Part shown: positions 9,225-19,247 of the stretch, piece by piece | Numbering within the stretch: position 1 is the first letter of the stretch | How the letters are laid out: each line of letters starts with the position of its first letter | Assembly: GCA_902564385.1 (NCBI GenBank) | Contig: CACFAT010000003.1 | Coordinates: forward strand, 34,039-98,038 | Direction of reading: 5' to 3' | DNA: 64,000 bases | DNA from: an uncultured Pelagibacteraceae bacterium | GTDB taxonomy: Bacteria; Pseudomonadota; Alphaproteobacteria; Pelagibacterales; Pelagibacteraceae | Notes under the pieces: model-generated | Told to the model about the DNA's origin: nothing | Seen by the model: the letters and a program-made list of their open reading frames with translations, nothing else | The model's database searches: none | Made by a program: the position numbers and the translations under genes

Positions 9225-9806
9225 ATGAAGACAATTGAAGAAATTAATCAATCTAAAGTAAAAAAAATTATTTCTGAGAGAAAGCATCCAGAATTTTTCC
9301 CAGGTGATATTGTTAAAGTAGGAGTTAGAATAACCGAAGGAAAAAGAGATCGTATTCAATATTTTGAAGGCGTGTGTATTGCGAAAAAAAATAGAGATAT
9401 CAATTCTTCTTTTACTGTAAGAAAAATTTCTTTTGGTGAGGGTGTGGAAAGAACATTTGCCTTATATAGTCCGATTGTAGATACAATTAAAGTTGTAAGG
9501 TCAGGAAAAGTTAGAAGAGCCAAGTTATATTATTTGAGAGATAGAACAGGTAAATCTGCAAGAATTGCAGAAAAAATTAAAAAGAAAATAGGTATAGATG
9601 TCGAAACTAAGATTCACGAAGTAACAGAAGAAAATGTTATGCCTGATACAGAACAAAAAACAGCAGATAGCCAACAAGATTCCAATAAAGATGCTCCAAA
9701 AGTAGAAGCAAAAAAACCAGAAGAAAAAAAAGAAACTAAAGAAGAAACCCCATCAGTAGAAAAAAAAACTGATGAAAAAAAAGATAATCCTGAAGTAAAA
9801 AAATAA
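9225..9806 (+). CDS. rplS: 50S ribosomal protein L19 with Lys/Glu-rich C-terminal extension
   Basis: [47 protein letters not shown]. Confidence 0.97.
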   Translation: MKTIEEINQSKVKKIISERKHPEFFPGDIVKVGVRITEGKRDRIQYFEGVCIAKKNRDINSSFTVRKISFGEGVERTFALYSPIVDTIKVVRSGKVRRAKLYYLRDRTGKSARIAEKIKKKIGIDVETKIHEVTEENVMPDTEQKTADSQQDSNKDAPKVEAKKPEEKKETKEETPSVEKKTDEKKDNPEVKK

Positions 9807-9815
9807 TTTTTTACA

Positions 9816-11219
9816 ATGCCTCAAACTATATACGATAAAATATGGAATGATCATCTTGTTCATCAACAAGAGGATGGGACCTCACTTTTATTTGTTGATA
9901 GACATTTAATTCATGAAGTTACTAGTCCACAAGCATTTGAAGGTTTAAGAAATTCTAATAGAAAAGTTAGACAACCTTCTTTAACTTTAGCAGTAGCAGA
10001 TCACAATGTTCCAACAACGGATAGATCAGTGCCTATTACTGACGAAGATTCAAAAATACAAATTGAGACACTAGAAAAAAACTGTGCAGAATTTGGAATA
10101 AATCTTTTTGGAATGAACGATAAAAGACAAGGAATAGTTCATATTATTGGTCCAGAACAGGGATTTACACAACCAGGAACGATTATCGTTTGTGGTGATA
10201 GTCACACTGCTACTCACGGAGCATTTGGTGCATTAGCATTCGGAATTGGAACTTCAGAAGTGGAACATGTCTTGGCAACACAGACTTTAGTTCAAAAAAA
10301 ATCAAAAAATTTTAGAATAAATGTTAATGGATCTCTTCCTGTTGGAGTAACATCTAAAGATGTAATATTACAAATAATTGGAAAAATTGGTACAGCTGGT
10401 GGCACTGGTTATGTAATTGAATATGCTGGAAACTTAATTTCGAATTTAAGTGTCGAACAAAGAATGACGATTTGCAATATGACAATTGAAGGTGGTGCAA
10501 GGGCTGGACTTATAGAACCAGATGAAAAAGTATTTAATTATTTAAAAGGTAAACCAATGTCTCCAAAGAATTCAAATTGGGACAAAGCATTAGAATATTG
10601 GAGCAAATTAAAGTCTGATAGCGATGCAGTATTTGACAAAGAAATCAGTCTTGAGGGCAAAGATATTAAACCAATGGTAACTTGGGGAACTTCGCCTCAG
10701 GATGTAGTAGATATTGATGGAATTGTTCCTGATCCTGAAAATGAGCAAAACGAAGACAGAAAAAATTCTATTAACAGGTCATTAAAATATATGGGTTTAA
10801 AGCCGAAAACTAAAATAAAAGATATTAGAATTGATAAAGTTTTTATAGGAAGTTGCACAAATGGAAGAATTGAAGATTTAAGAGAAGCTGCAAAAATCTT
10901 AAAAGATAAAAAAATTGCTTCTCATGTAAATGCAATGATAGTTCCTGGTTCAGGATTAGTAAAACAACAAGCAGAGCAAGAAGGTTTAGATGTAATATTT
11001 AAAAATTCTGGATTTGAATGGCGTGAGCCAGGTTGTTCAATGTGTTTAGCTATGAATGCAGATAAGTTGAAGCCAGAAGAAAGATGTGCATCAACATCAA
11101 ATAGAAATTTCGAAGGAAGACAAGGACGAGGTGGAAGAACACATTTAGTTAGCCCAGCTATGGCTGCTGCTGCTGCTATATCTGGAAATTTAGATGATGT
11201 TAGAAAATACAATAGTTAA
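9816..11219 (+). CDS. leuC: 3-isopropylmalate dehydratase large subunit
   Basis: [53 protein letters not shown]. Confidence 0.98.
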   Translation: MPQTIYDKIWNDHLVHQQEDGTSLLFVDRHLIHEVTSPQAFEGLRNSNRKVRQPSLTLAVADHNVPTTDRSVPITDEDSKIQIETLEKNCAEFGINLFGMNDKRQGIVHIIGPEQGFTQPGTIIVCGDSHTATHGAFGALAFGIGTSEVEHVLATQTLVQKKSKNFRINVNGSLPVGVTSKDVILQIIGKIGTAGGTGYVIEYAGNLISNLSVEQRMTICNMTIEGGARAGLIEPDEKVFNYLKGKPMSPKNSNWDKALEYWSKLKSDSDAVFDKEISLEGKDIKPMVTWGTSPQDVVDIDGIVPDPENEQNEDRKNSINRSLKYMGLKPKTKIKDIRIDKVFIGSCTNGRIEDLREAAKILKDKKIASHVNAMIVPGSGLVKQQAEQEGLDVIFKNSGFEWREPGCSMCLAMNADKLKPEERCASTSNRNFEGRQGRGGRTHLVSPAMAAAAAISGNLDDVRKYNS

Positions 11220-11825
11220 ATGAACAAATTCTCAACATTAAAAAGTATTCCTGCATATTTACCAATTGTAAATATTGATACAGATATGATTATTCCAAAG
11301 CAATTTTTAAAAACAATAAAAAGAACAGGACTTGGAAAAAATTTATTTTATGAAATGAGATATGACGAAAAAGGTAAAGTAGTAGATGACTTTATCTTAA
11401 ATAAATCCCCATATGATAATTCTAAGATTCTAATTGCAGGGAATAATTTTGGATGTGGATCATCTAGAGAACATGCGCCATGGGCACTTTTAGACTTTGG
11501 TATCACTTGCGTTATAAGCACTAGTTACGCAGATATATTTTATAATAATTGTTTTAAAAATGGAATATTGCCTATTAAAGTTAATGATGAACAGATAAAA
11601 GAACTTTCCGAATATTCTAAGAGAAAAGAAGAAATTGCAATAAATTTACAAGATCAAAAAATAATCTTTGGAAATAAAGAAATCAAATTTGAATTAGATG
11701 AATTTAAAAAAAAATGTTTAATTGAGGGACTAGATGATATTGCACTGTCTTTGGAAAAGTCTAATAAAATAATTTCATTTGAAGAAAAATTAAAATCCGC
11801 AAAGCCTTGGATATTTAATGATTAA
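11220..11825 (+). CDS. leuD: 3-isopropylmalate dehydratase small subunit
   Basis: [28 protein letters not shown]. Confidence 0.98.
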   Translation: MNKFSTLKSIPAYLPIVNIDTDMIIPKQFLKTIKRTGLGKNLFYEMRYDEKGKVVDDFILNKSPYDNSKILIAGNNFGCGSSREHAPWALLDFGITCVISTSYADIFYNNCFKNGILPIKVNDEQIKELSEYSKRKEEIAINLQDQKIIFGNKEIKFELDEFKKKCLIEGLDDIALSLEKSNKIISFEEKLKSAKPWIFND

Positions 11826-12927
11826 AGTCAAAAAAAGAAAATTCTTATTATTACCAGGTGATGGTATTGGTCCCGAGGTTATTGGTGAAGTTAAAAAAAT
11901 TATAACTTGGTTTAATGTAAATAAATCTCTTGATTTTGATATGGAAGAAGCTTTAGTTGGTGGAGCATCTTACGATAAGCACGGAACACCGATTACAGAT
12001 GAAGTATTTTATAAATCATTAGAATGTGAAGCAGTCATTTTAGGAGCCGTGGGTGGACCAAAATATGATAATTTAGATTTTTCCAAAAGACCTGAGAGAG
12101 CTCTTCTTAAGCTAAGAAAAGAATTAAAATTATTTGCAAATTTGAGGCCTGCAATTTGTTTTAAACAATTAGTTGAGGCATCTACGTTAAAACCTGAAAT
12201 CGTATCAGGTCTAGACATAATGATTGTTAGAGAATTGACAGGTGGTATTTATTTTGGTGAGCCGAGAGGTATCAAGCCAATTGATAATGGTGAACGTAAA
12301 GGAATAAACACTCATACTTATACCTCATCAGAAATTAAAAGAGTTGCTAGAGTTGCATTTGATTTAGCAAAGAAGAGAAACAATAAAGTTACTTCCTGTG
12401 AAAAATCGAATGTTATGGAAGCAGGTCAATTATGGAAAGAGGAAGTTCAAAATCTTCACGATAAAGAATTTAAAGATGTTGAGTTAAATCATATGCTTGC
12501 AGATAATTGTGCAATGCAACTTTTGAGAAATCCAAAGCAATTTGATGTAATTGTGACAGATAATTTGTTTGGTGATATGTTGTCAGATGAAGCATCTATG
12601 CTGACGGGATCTTTAGGTTTATTACCTTCAGCTTCTCTAGGTGCAAAAAATAAAGATGGTGAAATGAGAGCAATGTATGAGCCTGTTCATGGATCTGCTC
12701 CAGACATTGCTGCAAAAGGGATAGCAAATCCAATTGCAACTATCTTGAGTTTTGCAATGGCTTTGAGGTACTCTCTTGATTTAGATAAAGAAGCTGATGA
12801 CTTAGAAAAAGCAGTGCAAAATGTACTAGATGATGGGTTAAGAACTAAAGATATTATGTCAAAAGGAACAAAAGAAACTTCAACTTCTGGTATGGGAGAT
12901 GCGATTATTGCATATTTGCAAAAATAA
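11818..12927 (+). CDS. leuB: 3-isopropylmalate dehydrogenase
   Basis: [49 protein letters not shown]; follows leuCD. Confidence 0.97.
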   Translation: MIKVKKRKFLLLPGDGIGPEVIGEVKKIITWFNVNKSLDFDMEEALVGGASYDKHGTPITDEVFYKSLECEAVILGAVGGPKYDNLDFSKRPERALLKLRKELKLFANLRPAICFKQLVEASTLKPEIVSGLDIMIVRELTGGIYFGEPRGIKPIDNGERKGINTHTYTSSEIKRVARVAFDLAKKRNNKVTSCEKSNVMEAGQLWKEEVQNLHDKEFKDVELNHMLADNCAMQLLRNPKQFDVIVTDNLFGDMLSDEASMLTGSLGLLPSASLGAKNKDGEMRAMYEPVHGSAPDIAAKGIANPIATILSFAMALRYSLDLDKEADDLEKAVQNVLDDGLRTKDIMSKGTKETSTSGMGDAIIAYLQK

Positions 12928-12959
12928 AAAAATTAACTTAATTTGATACTATTAAATTT

Positions 12960-14720
12960 ATGACTGTTTATTCTGCACCTGTGAAAGATATGATGTTCTT
13001 ATTTGAACATCTAAAAGATAATAAAAATTATAACGAAATTGAAAAATATAAAGAAGTTACTTCTGATCTAGTAAAAGATATATTAGAGGAAGCTGCAAAA
13101 ATTAATGAAGAAATGCTTCTTCCTTTAGCAAAAGCTGGAGACGAAAATCCTTGTGTCTATGAAAATGGAGTAGTTAGAACCCCTCCAGGTTATAAAGAGG
13201 CATATTCAAAATTTATCGAAGATGGATGGGTATCTTTAACATGTGATCCAAAATACGGTGGTCAAGGAATGCCGAAAACTGTAAGTGCTTTTTTTGATGA
13301 AATGCTTTCATCATCAAGTTTATCTTTTAAATTATATAGTGAATTAAGTATAGGTGCATACAATTGTATTTTGAGTCATGCAACTGAAGAAATTAAAAAC
13401 ACATATCTTCCTAAAATTGTTGAGGGTAAATGGAGTGGGACAATGTGTTTAACAGAACCTCAGTGTGGAACAGATTTAGGATTAATTAAAACAAAGGCAA
13501 TTAAAAATGAAAATGGCACTTATAATATAAGTGGACAAAAAATTTTTATTACATCTGGTGATCATGATTTGACTGAAAATATTATACACCTTGTTTTAGC
13601 AAGAACGCAGGACGCTCCAAAAGGAACGAAAGGGATAAGTTTATTTTTAGTGCCAAAATATGAAATTAATGAAGACGGATCAATTGGTCCAAGAAATGGA
13701 GTCAATACTGTTTCAATTGAATCAAAAATGGGTATTAAAGGTTCACCTGCATGTGTATTAAGTTTTGATGATGCCAAAGGTTATATGATCGGACCAGAGA
13801 ACAAAGGCTTAAATTCTATGTTTACAATGATGAACTTAGAAAGAATCGTTGTCGGTATACAAGGACTAGGTCTATCTGAAACAGCTTATCAAACTGCTTT
13901 AAGTTATTCGAAAGAGAGAAAGCAAGGTAAATCAAACAATAATTCTAATGGAGAAACAGATTTAATCATTAAGCATGCAGATATAAGAAGAAGTTTATTA
14001 AATATGAAGTCTATAATTGAGGGAGAAAGATCTTTATCCTTTTGGATGGCTCAGCAAGTAGATGTAAGCTTAAGTCATAGCTCGGAGGAAGTAAAAAAAG
14101 ATGCATCGGATATTGTAGGTCTTATGACGCCTGTAATTAAGTCATTTTTTACTGATATGGGTATGGAAATAACCAATGAAGCAATTCAGGTTTTTGGTGG
14201 ATATGGTTATACAAAAGACCAAGGGATAGAACAATTATTTAGAGATAATAGAATTACACCTATTTATGAAGGAACTAATTCAGTGCAGGCAATTGATTTT
14301 GTATTTAGAAAAATAAGTCAGAAAAAAGTTTTTGATAATTTTATGAAATATGTAGAAACAGAAATTCAAGATTGTTCAAAAGTAGATAAATTAAATGAAC
14401 ATGTAAAAAAAATATCTGAATTAAAAAATATATTGTCAGATTTCACTGACTGGATATCTCCTAATGGTAACACACCAAAAGACGATATAAGCGCATCATG
14501 TAACGATTATTTAAGATTTTTTGGTTATTTTTGTCTTTCATTTATATGGCTAAAGACAATGAGAAAAAGCTATGAAAATTTGGAAAATAATAAAGAGTTT
14601 TATGAAGATAAATTAAATACAGGAAATTACTATTTCGATAAAATTTTGCCTAGAGCTGAGAGCCATTATAAATCTGCTATTTCTGGTAGTAAATATACTA
14701 TGAGCGCAAAATTTAACTGA
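12960..14720 (+). CDS. dmdC: Acyl-CoA dehydrogenase, probable 3-methylmercaptopropionyl-CoA dehydrogenase
   Basis: Long ACAD (GTMCLTEPQCGTDLG, GQKIFIT, KMGIKGS, QVFGGYGY, IYEGTN) directly upstream of dmdB and dmdA. Confidence 0.82.
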   Translation: MTVYSAPVKDMMFLFEHLKDNKNYNEIEKYKEVTSDLVKDILEEAAKINEEMLLPLAKAGDENPCVYENGVVRTPPGYKEAYSKFIEDGWVSLTCDPKYGGQGMPKTVSAFFDEMLSSSSLSFKLYSELSIGAYNCILSHATEEIKNTYLPKIVEGKWSGTMCLTEPQCGTDLGLIKTKAIKNENGTYNISGQKIFITSGDHDLTENIIHLVLARTQDAPKGTKGISLFLVPKYEINEDGSIGPRNGVNTVSIESKMGIKGSPACVLSFDDAKGYMIGPENKGLNSMFTMMNLERIVVGIQGLGLSETAYQTALSYSKERKQGKSNNNSNGETDLIIKHADIRRSLLNMKSIIEGERSLSFWMAQQVDVSLSHSSEEVKKDASDIVGLMTPVIKSFFTDMGMEITNEAIQVFGGYGYTKDQGIEQLFRDNRITPIYEGTNSVQAIDFVFRKISQKKVFDNFMKYVETEIQDCSKVDKLNEHVKKISELKNILSDFTDWISPNGNTPKDDISASCNDYLRFFGYFCLSFIWLKTMRKSYENLENNKEFYEDKLNTGNYYFDKILPRAESHYKSAISGSKYTMSAKFN

Positions 14721-16348
14721 TGAACAAATATAATCAGAACTTAGATAAAAATCCCTCAAATTATGTCCCTTTAACGCCGCTAAGCTTTCTAGAAAGAGCG
14801 AAAGACATTTATCCAAATTACGAAGCTTTAGTATATGAAACAAAATCTTTTACATGGACGGAAGTATTTAACAGGTGTATCAAATTTGCAAGTGCACTAG
14901 AGAAAATTGGTATTGTTGAAGGAGATACAGTTTCAGTTATGACCTTTAATACTCCAGAAATTTTCGAGGCACATTATTCTGTTCCTATGACAGGAGCTGT
15001 TTTAAATACAATTAATTCAAGACTTGATTCAAAAACTGTTGCTTATATTTTAGAACACAGTGAAGCAAAAGTATTAATAATAGACAGGCAATTACATGCT
15101 GTTGCAGAAAAGGCTTTATCAACTTTAAAGGACAAACCAATTGTAATTGATGTTCAAGACGATTTTGCAGATCAATCCTTATTAAAAAAAATTGGAGATA
15201 GAGAATATGAGGAATTTTTAAATACTGGTGATGAAAATTATATTTGGAAAAAACCAAAGGATGAGTGGCAAGCGATTTCTTTAAGTTATACATCTGGAAC
15301 CACTGGAAATCCAAAAGGTGTTGTTTATCATCATAGAGGTTCTTATTTAATGTCAACAGGTAGTGCCGTTGCTTGGAATATGCCAAATAGATTAAATTTT
15401 TTAACAGTTGTACCAATGTTCCACTGTAATGGATGGGGGTACCCGTGGACAATACCAATGTTAAATGGAAAAACAGTTTGTTTAAGAGCTATTGATGTAA
15501 AAAAAATATTTGAATTAATTGAAAAACATGAGATTACCCATTTTGGAGGGGCACCTATTGTACTTAATATGATAACAGGTGCATCACAAAATGATATCAA
15601 AGAATTAAAAAACAAAGTTTACGTTTTAACTGCTGGAGCACCACCTCCAAGTATTATTTTCAAAAAAATGAAAGCATTAGGATTTGAGGTAATGCATGTC
15701 TATGGTTTAACAGAAACATATGGACATGTTTTACAATGTGCTTGGAATGATGAATGGAATGGTTTTGAAGAAGATAAAATTAATGAAATTAAAGCAAGAC
15801 AAGGTGTGAGATTTCCAAACACAGAAGGAGTGGTTGTTTTAGATCCAGAAACTATGAAACCCGTGCCTAAGGATGGAGAAACAATTGGCGAGATAATGAT
15901 CAAAGGTAATGTTGTTATGAAAGGGTATTTTAAAGACAAAGAGGCCACTGAAAGGGCTATGAAAGATGGATGGTTTCACTCTGGTGATTTGGCAGTTATT
16001 TATCCAGATGGATACATAAAGGTTAAAGATAGGTCGAAAGATATTATTATTTCAGGTGGAGAGAATATTTCTTCTATCGAAATCGAAAACACACTTTCTA
16101 AGCATCCAGCTGTTTCAATTGTTGCTGTAGTAGCAAAACCAGATGAGAAATGGGGAGAAGTTCCATGCGCATTTGTAGAGAAAGTGGCAGATAAAGAGAT
16201 AAATGAAAAAGAATTAATCGATTTTTGTAGAGAAACTCTAGCAGGGTTCAAAATTCCAAAAAAAATAGACTTCTGTGAACTTCCAAAAACATCAACAGGT
16301 AAAATCCAAAAATTTGAATTAAGAAAAAGAGCTAAGGAACTTACTTAG
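14720..16348 (+). CDS. dmdB: Acyl-CoA synthetase, probable 3-methylmercaptopropionate-CoA ligase
   Basis: YTSGTTGNPKG, PMFHCNGW, YGLTET, GWFHSGD, KDIIISGGENISSIEIE, LPKTSTGKIQK; adjacent to dmdA. Confidence 0.85.
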   Translation: MNKYNQNLDKNPSNYVPLTPLSFLERAKDIYPNYEALVYETKSFTWTEVFNRCIKFASALEKIGIVEGDTVSVMTFNTPEIFEAHYSVPMTGAVLNTINSRLDSKTVAYILEHSEAKVLIIDRQLHAVAEKALSTLKDKPIVIDVQDDFADQSLLKKIGDREYEEFLNTGDENYIWKKPKDEWQAISLSYTSGTTGNPKGVVYHHRGSYLMSTGSAVAWNMPNRLNFLTVVPMFHCNGWGYPWTIPMLNGKTVCLRAIDVKKIFELIEKHEITHFGGAPIVLNMITGASQNDIKELKNKVYVLTAGAPPPSIIFKKMKALGFEVMHVYGLTETYGHVLQCAWNDEWNGFEEDKINEIKARQGVRFPNTEGVVVLDPETMKPVPKDGETIGEIMIKGNVVMKGYFKDKEATERAMKDGWFHSGDLAVIYPDGYIKVKDRSKDIIISGGENISSIEIENTLSKHPAVSIVAVVAKPDEKWGEVPCAFVEKVADKEINEKELIDFCRETLAGFKIPKKIDFCELPKTSTGKIQKFELRKRAKELT

Positions 16349-16413
16349 ATTTCTTTCAAATAAACAACTTACTTTCTTTACAAATAGATAAAAAGATGAC
16401 ACTAAGCTAAAAA

Positions 16414-17523
16414 ATGAAAAACTTTTCTATTGCAAAATCAAGAAGACTTAGAGGTACGCCTTATACATCAAGAATTGAAAAACAAGGTGTTACAGCTTAC
16501 ACAATATACAATCATATGTTGCTTCCTGCTGCATTTGGTTCTTTAGAAGACTCATATCATCATTTAAAAGAGCATGTTCAAGTTTGGGATGTGGCTGCTG
16601 AAAGACAAGTAGAGATTACTGGAAAAGATGCTGCAAAATTGGTTCAACTTATGACTTGTAGAGATCTTTCGAAATCAAAAGATGGAAGATGTTATTATTG
16701 TCCAATCATAGATGATAATGCTGGATTAATTAATGATCCAGTTGTTCTAAGATTTAATGAGAATAAATGGTGGGTTTCTATTGCAGATACAGATGTAATC
16801 TTATTTGCCAAAGGATTGGCAATTGGGAATAAATTTGATGTAAATATTATCGAACCTGAAGTTGATATTATGGCTGTGCAAGGGCCTAAATCATTTAAAT
16901 TAATGGAAAAAGTTTTTGGTGAAAAAATAACAAATTTAAAATTTTTTGGTTTTGATTATTTTGATTTTGCTGGAGCCAAACATTTAATTGCTCAATCAGG
17001 ATGGTCTAAACAAGGTGGATATGAAATTTATGTAGAGAATAATGATGCGGGTTTAAAACTATACGATCATTTATTTGAAATCGGAGATGAGTTTAATATT
17101 AGAGCAGGATGTCCTAATTTAATTGAACGTATCGAAAGTGGATTACTTTCTCAAGGAAACGATATGGACAATGGAGACAACCCATACGAATGTGGCTTTG
17201 ATAAATATATTAATATTGATAACGATGTTGAATTTTTAGGAAAAGAGAAATTAAAAAAAATAAAGTCTGAAGGAATTAAAAGAAAACTAATGGGCGTTAA
17301 AATTGATACTGATAAAATAAGTGTAACTGGTTCAATGAATTTAACTGATGAAAAAAATAATGTAATCGGAGAACTAAGATCAGGTTGTTACAATCCAACT
17401 TTTAAACAGGTAATTGGTATAGCTATGATAAAAAAACCATATTTTGAAGCAAAGCAAACATTCAAAATTAATATAAATGGTAATAGTTTTAACGGAACAG
17501 TTTGCGATTTACCTTTCATTTAG
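16414..17523 (+). CDS. dmdA: Dimethylsulfoniopropionate demethylase (GcvT fold)
   Basis: [48 protein letters not shown]; closely resembles Pelagibacter DmdA as I recall it. Confidence 0.93.
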   Translation: MKNFSIAKSRRLRGTPYTSRIEKQGVTAYTIYNHMLLPAAFGSLEDSYHHLKEHVQVWDVAAERQVEITGKDAAKLVQLMTCRDLSKSKDGRCYYCPIIDDNAGLINDPVVLRFNENKWWVSIADTDVILFAKGLAIGNKFDVNIIEPEVDIMAVQGPKSFKLMEKVFGEKITNLKFFGFDYFDFAGAKHLIAQSGWSKQGGYEIYVENNDAGLKLYDHLFEIGDEFNIRAGCPNLIERIESGLLSQGNDMDNGDNPYECGFDKYINIDNDVEFLGKEKLKKIKSEGIKRKLMGVKIDTDKISVTGSMNLTDEKNNVIGELRSGCYNPTFKQVIGIAMIKKPYFEAKQTFKININGNSFNGTVCDLPFI

Positions 17524-17537
17524 TATAAATCTTTAAA

Positions 17538-18548
17538 ATGACTAATATAGCTATCATCGGTGCAACCGGCAATGTGGGAAGAAAAACACTAGAAGTTATA
17601 GAAAAAAAGGATATTAAATTTAATAACCTTTTTTTAGTAGCTTCTTCTAATAGTGCTGGAAAAAAAATAAGTTTTAAGGGCAAAGATTATGAAGTCCATG
17701 ATCTTGAAAAATACGATTTTTCAAATGCAAATATAACTTTTTTTGCAGCAGGTGGTAAAATTGCAGAACAATATGCAGAAAGTGCAGCAAAATTAACAAC
17801 TGTAATTGATAATTCTAGTTTTTTTAGAATGGATCCTGACGTTCCACTTATTGTACCTCAAGTGAATGCAGAAAAAATTAATGAAATGAAAAAAAATATT
17901 GTGGCAAATCCTAACTGCTCAACAGCTCAGTTAGTATTAGCTCTTAAACCATTACATGATTTATATAAAATAAAAAGAGTAATAGTTTCCACCTATCAAT
18001 CTGTTTCTGGAGGCGGAAAAGCACCAATGGATGAATTGATTGAACAAACTAAATCTTATCTTGATGGAAATTCTGTTGAATCTAAAAATTTTACTAAACA
18101 AATAGCTTTCAATATAATTCCTCACATTGATGTTTTTTCGGATGATGGATACACAAAAGAAGAATTGAAAATGAGTAATGAAACAAAAAAAATACTGGAC
18201 AATAATATAGAGCTAACAGCTACGTGCGTTAGAATTCCTGTTCTTGTGTCACATTCAGAATCAGTAAATATAGAGTTTGAAAATCCTTATTCTCTAGAAC
18301 AAATCAGAGAAGCATTAAATAATGCTGATGGTTGTAGCGTTATAGATAAAAGAGAAAATGGAGGATATAGTACACCAATAGAAGCAACTGGTTGTGATGA
18401 AACATTTATCTCAAGAATTAGAGATGATAAAACAAAAGAGAATTCAATTAATTTGTGGATCGTTTCAGATAACCTATTAAGAGGCGCCGCATTAAATTCC
18501 GTTGAAATTGCAGAAACAATAATGAAAGCAAATCAAAATGGAAAATAA
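17538..18548 (+). CDS. asd: Aspartate-semialdehyde dehydrogenase
   Basis: GATGNVG, IDNSSFFRMDPDVPL, NPNCSTAQL, TYQSVSG, DNLLRGAALN. Confidence 0.97.
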   Translation: MTNIAIIGATGNVGRKTLEVIEKKDIKFNNLFLVASSNSAGKKISFKGKDYEVHDLEKYDFSNANITFFAAGGKIAEQYAESAAKLTTVIDNSSFFRMDPDVPLIVPQVNAEKINEMKKNIVANPNCSTAQLVLALKPLHDLYKIKRVIVSTYQSVSGGGKAPMDELIEQTKSYLDGNSVESKNFTKQIAFNIIPHIDVFSDDGYTKEELKMSNETKKILDNNIELTATCVRIPVLVSHSESVNIEFENPYSLEQIREALNNADGCSVIDKRENGGYSTPIEATGCDETFISRIRDDKTKENSINLWIVSDNLLRGAALNSVEIAETIMKANQNGK

Positions 18549-18918
18549 TCCTTTATCTCCTCATATTCAAATTTATAGATGGCATGTATCATCTTTAGTT
18601 TCAATATCTCATAGAATTACAGGAATAATAAATATATTAGCAATAACTTTAATTTGTATCTTTTTTATTTTTTTTTCATTTAGCGAAGGAAGTCATGAAT
18701 ATATAAAATTATTCCTCCAATCTTTTATTGGGAAATTTTTCATCTTGGGTATTACATGGTCTTTTAGTTTTCAAATCTTAAGTGAGATAAGACATTTAAT
18801 TATGGATTTTGGTTATGGATTTGAGTTAAAAACCACAAAAATTACTGGCTTAGTTGTGATCTTTGGATCTTTTATATTAACCGTTTCAATTTATTTAATA
18901 GGACGAAATTTATTTTAA
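18538..18918 (+). CDS. sdhC: Succinate dehydrogenase membrane anchor SdhC (heme-ligand His apparently replaced by Gln)
   Basis: PLSPHIQIYRW, SISHRITG, IRHLIMD; position in sdhCDAB. Confidence 0.93.
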   Translation: MENNPLSPHIQIYRWHVSSLVSISHRITGIINILAITLICIFFIFFSFSEGSHEYIKLFLQSFIGKFFILGITWSFSFQILSEIRHLIMDFGYGFELKTTKITGLVVIFGSFILTVSIYLIGRNLF

Positions 18919-19247
18919 TGAGAGCAGTAACAAAAAAATGGGTATTTTTAAAAGTGAGTTCTATCATATTAGTACCTTTGATGTTATGGTTTGCTTTAAA
19001 TTTGGTTAGTATTTATGACAAAAGCTACTTAGAGATATTAACTTTTCTAACTTCTCAACCTTCAAAGTTTATATTTAGTCTTTTTCTTATTTTTGCTTAC
19101 TTTTTCTCGGCATTAAGCATCAGCGAGGTTTTTGAAGACTATATTAAAGATGAAAAAATCAAAAATGCCGCAAACAAAGCTTTAAATTTTTTTGCTATAA
19201 CAATTCCTTTAATTACAATATTTGCAGTATTTAAAATAACTATATGA
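18918..19247 (+). CDS. sdhD: Succinate dehydrogenase membrane anchor SdhD (contains no His)
   Basis: 3 TM helices, EVFEDY motif, between sdhC and sdhA. Confidence 0.88.
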   Translation: MRAVTKKWVFLKVSSIILVPLMLWFALNLVSIYDKSYLEILTFLTSQPSKFIFSLFLIFAYFFSALSISEVFEDYIKDEKIKNAANKALNFFAITIPLITIFAVFKITI

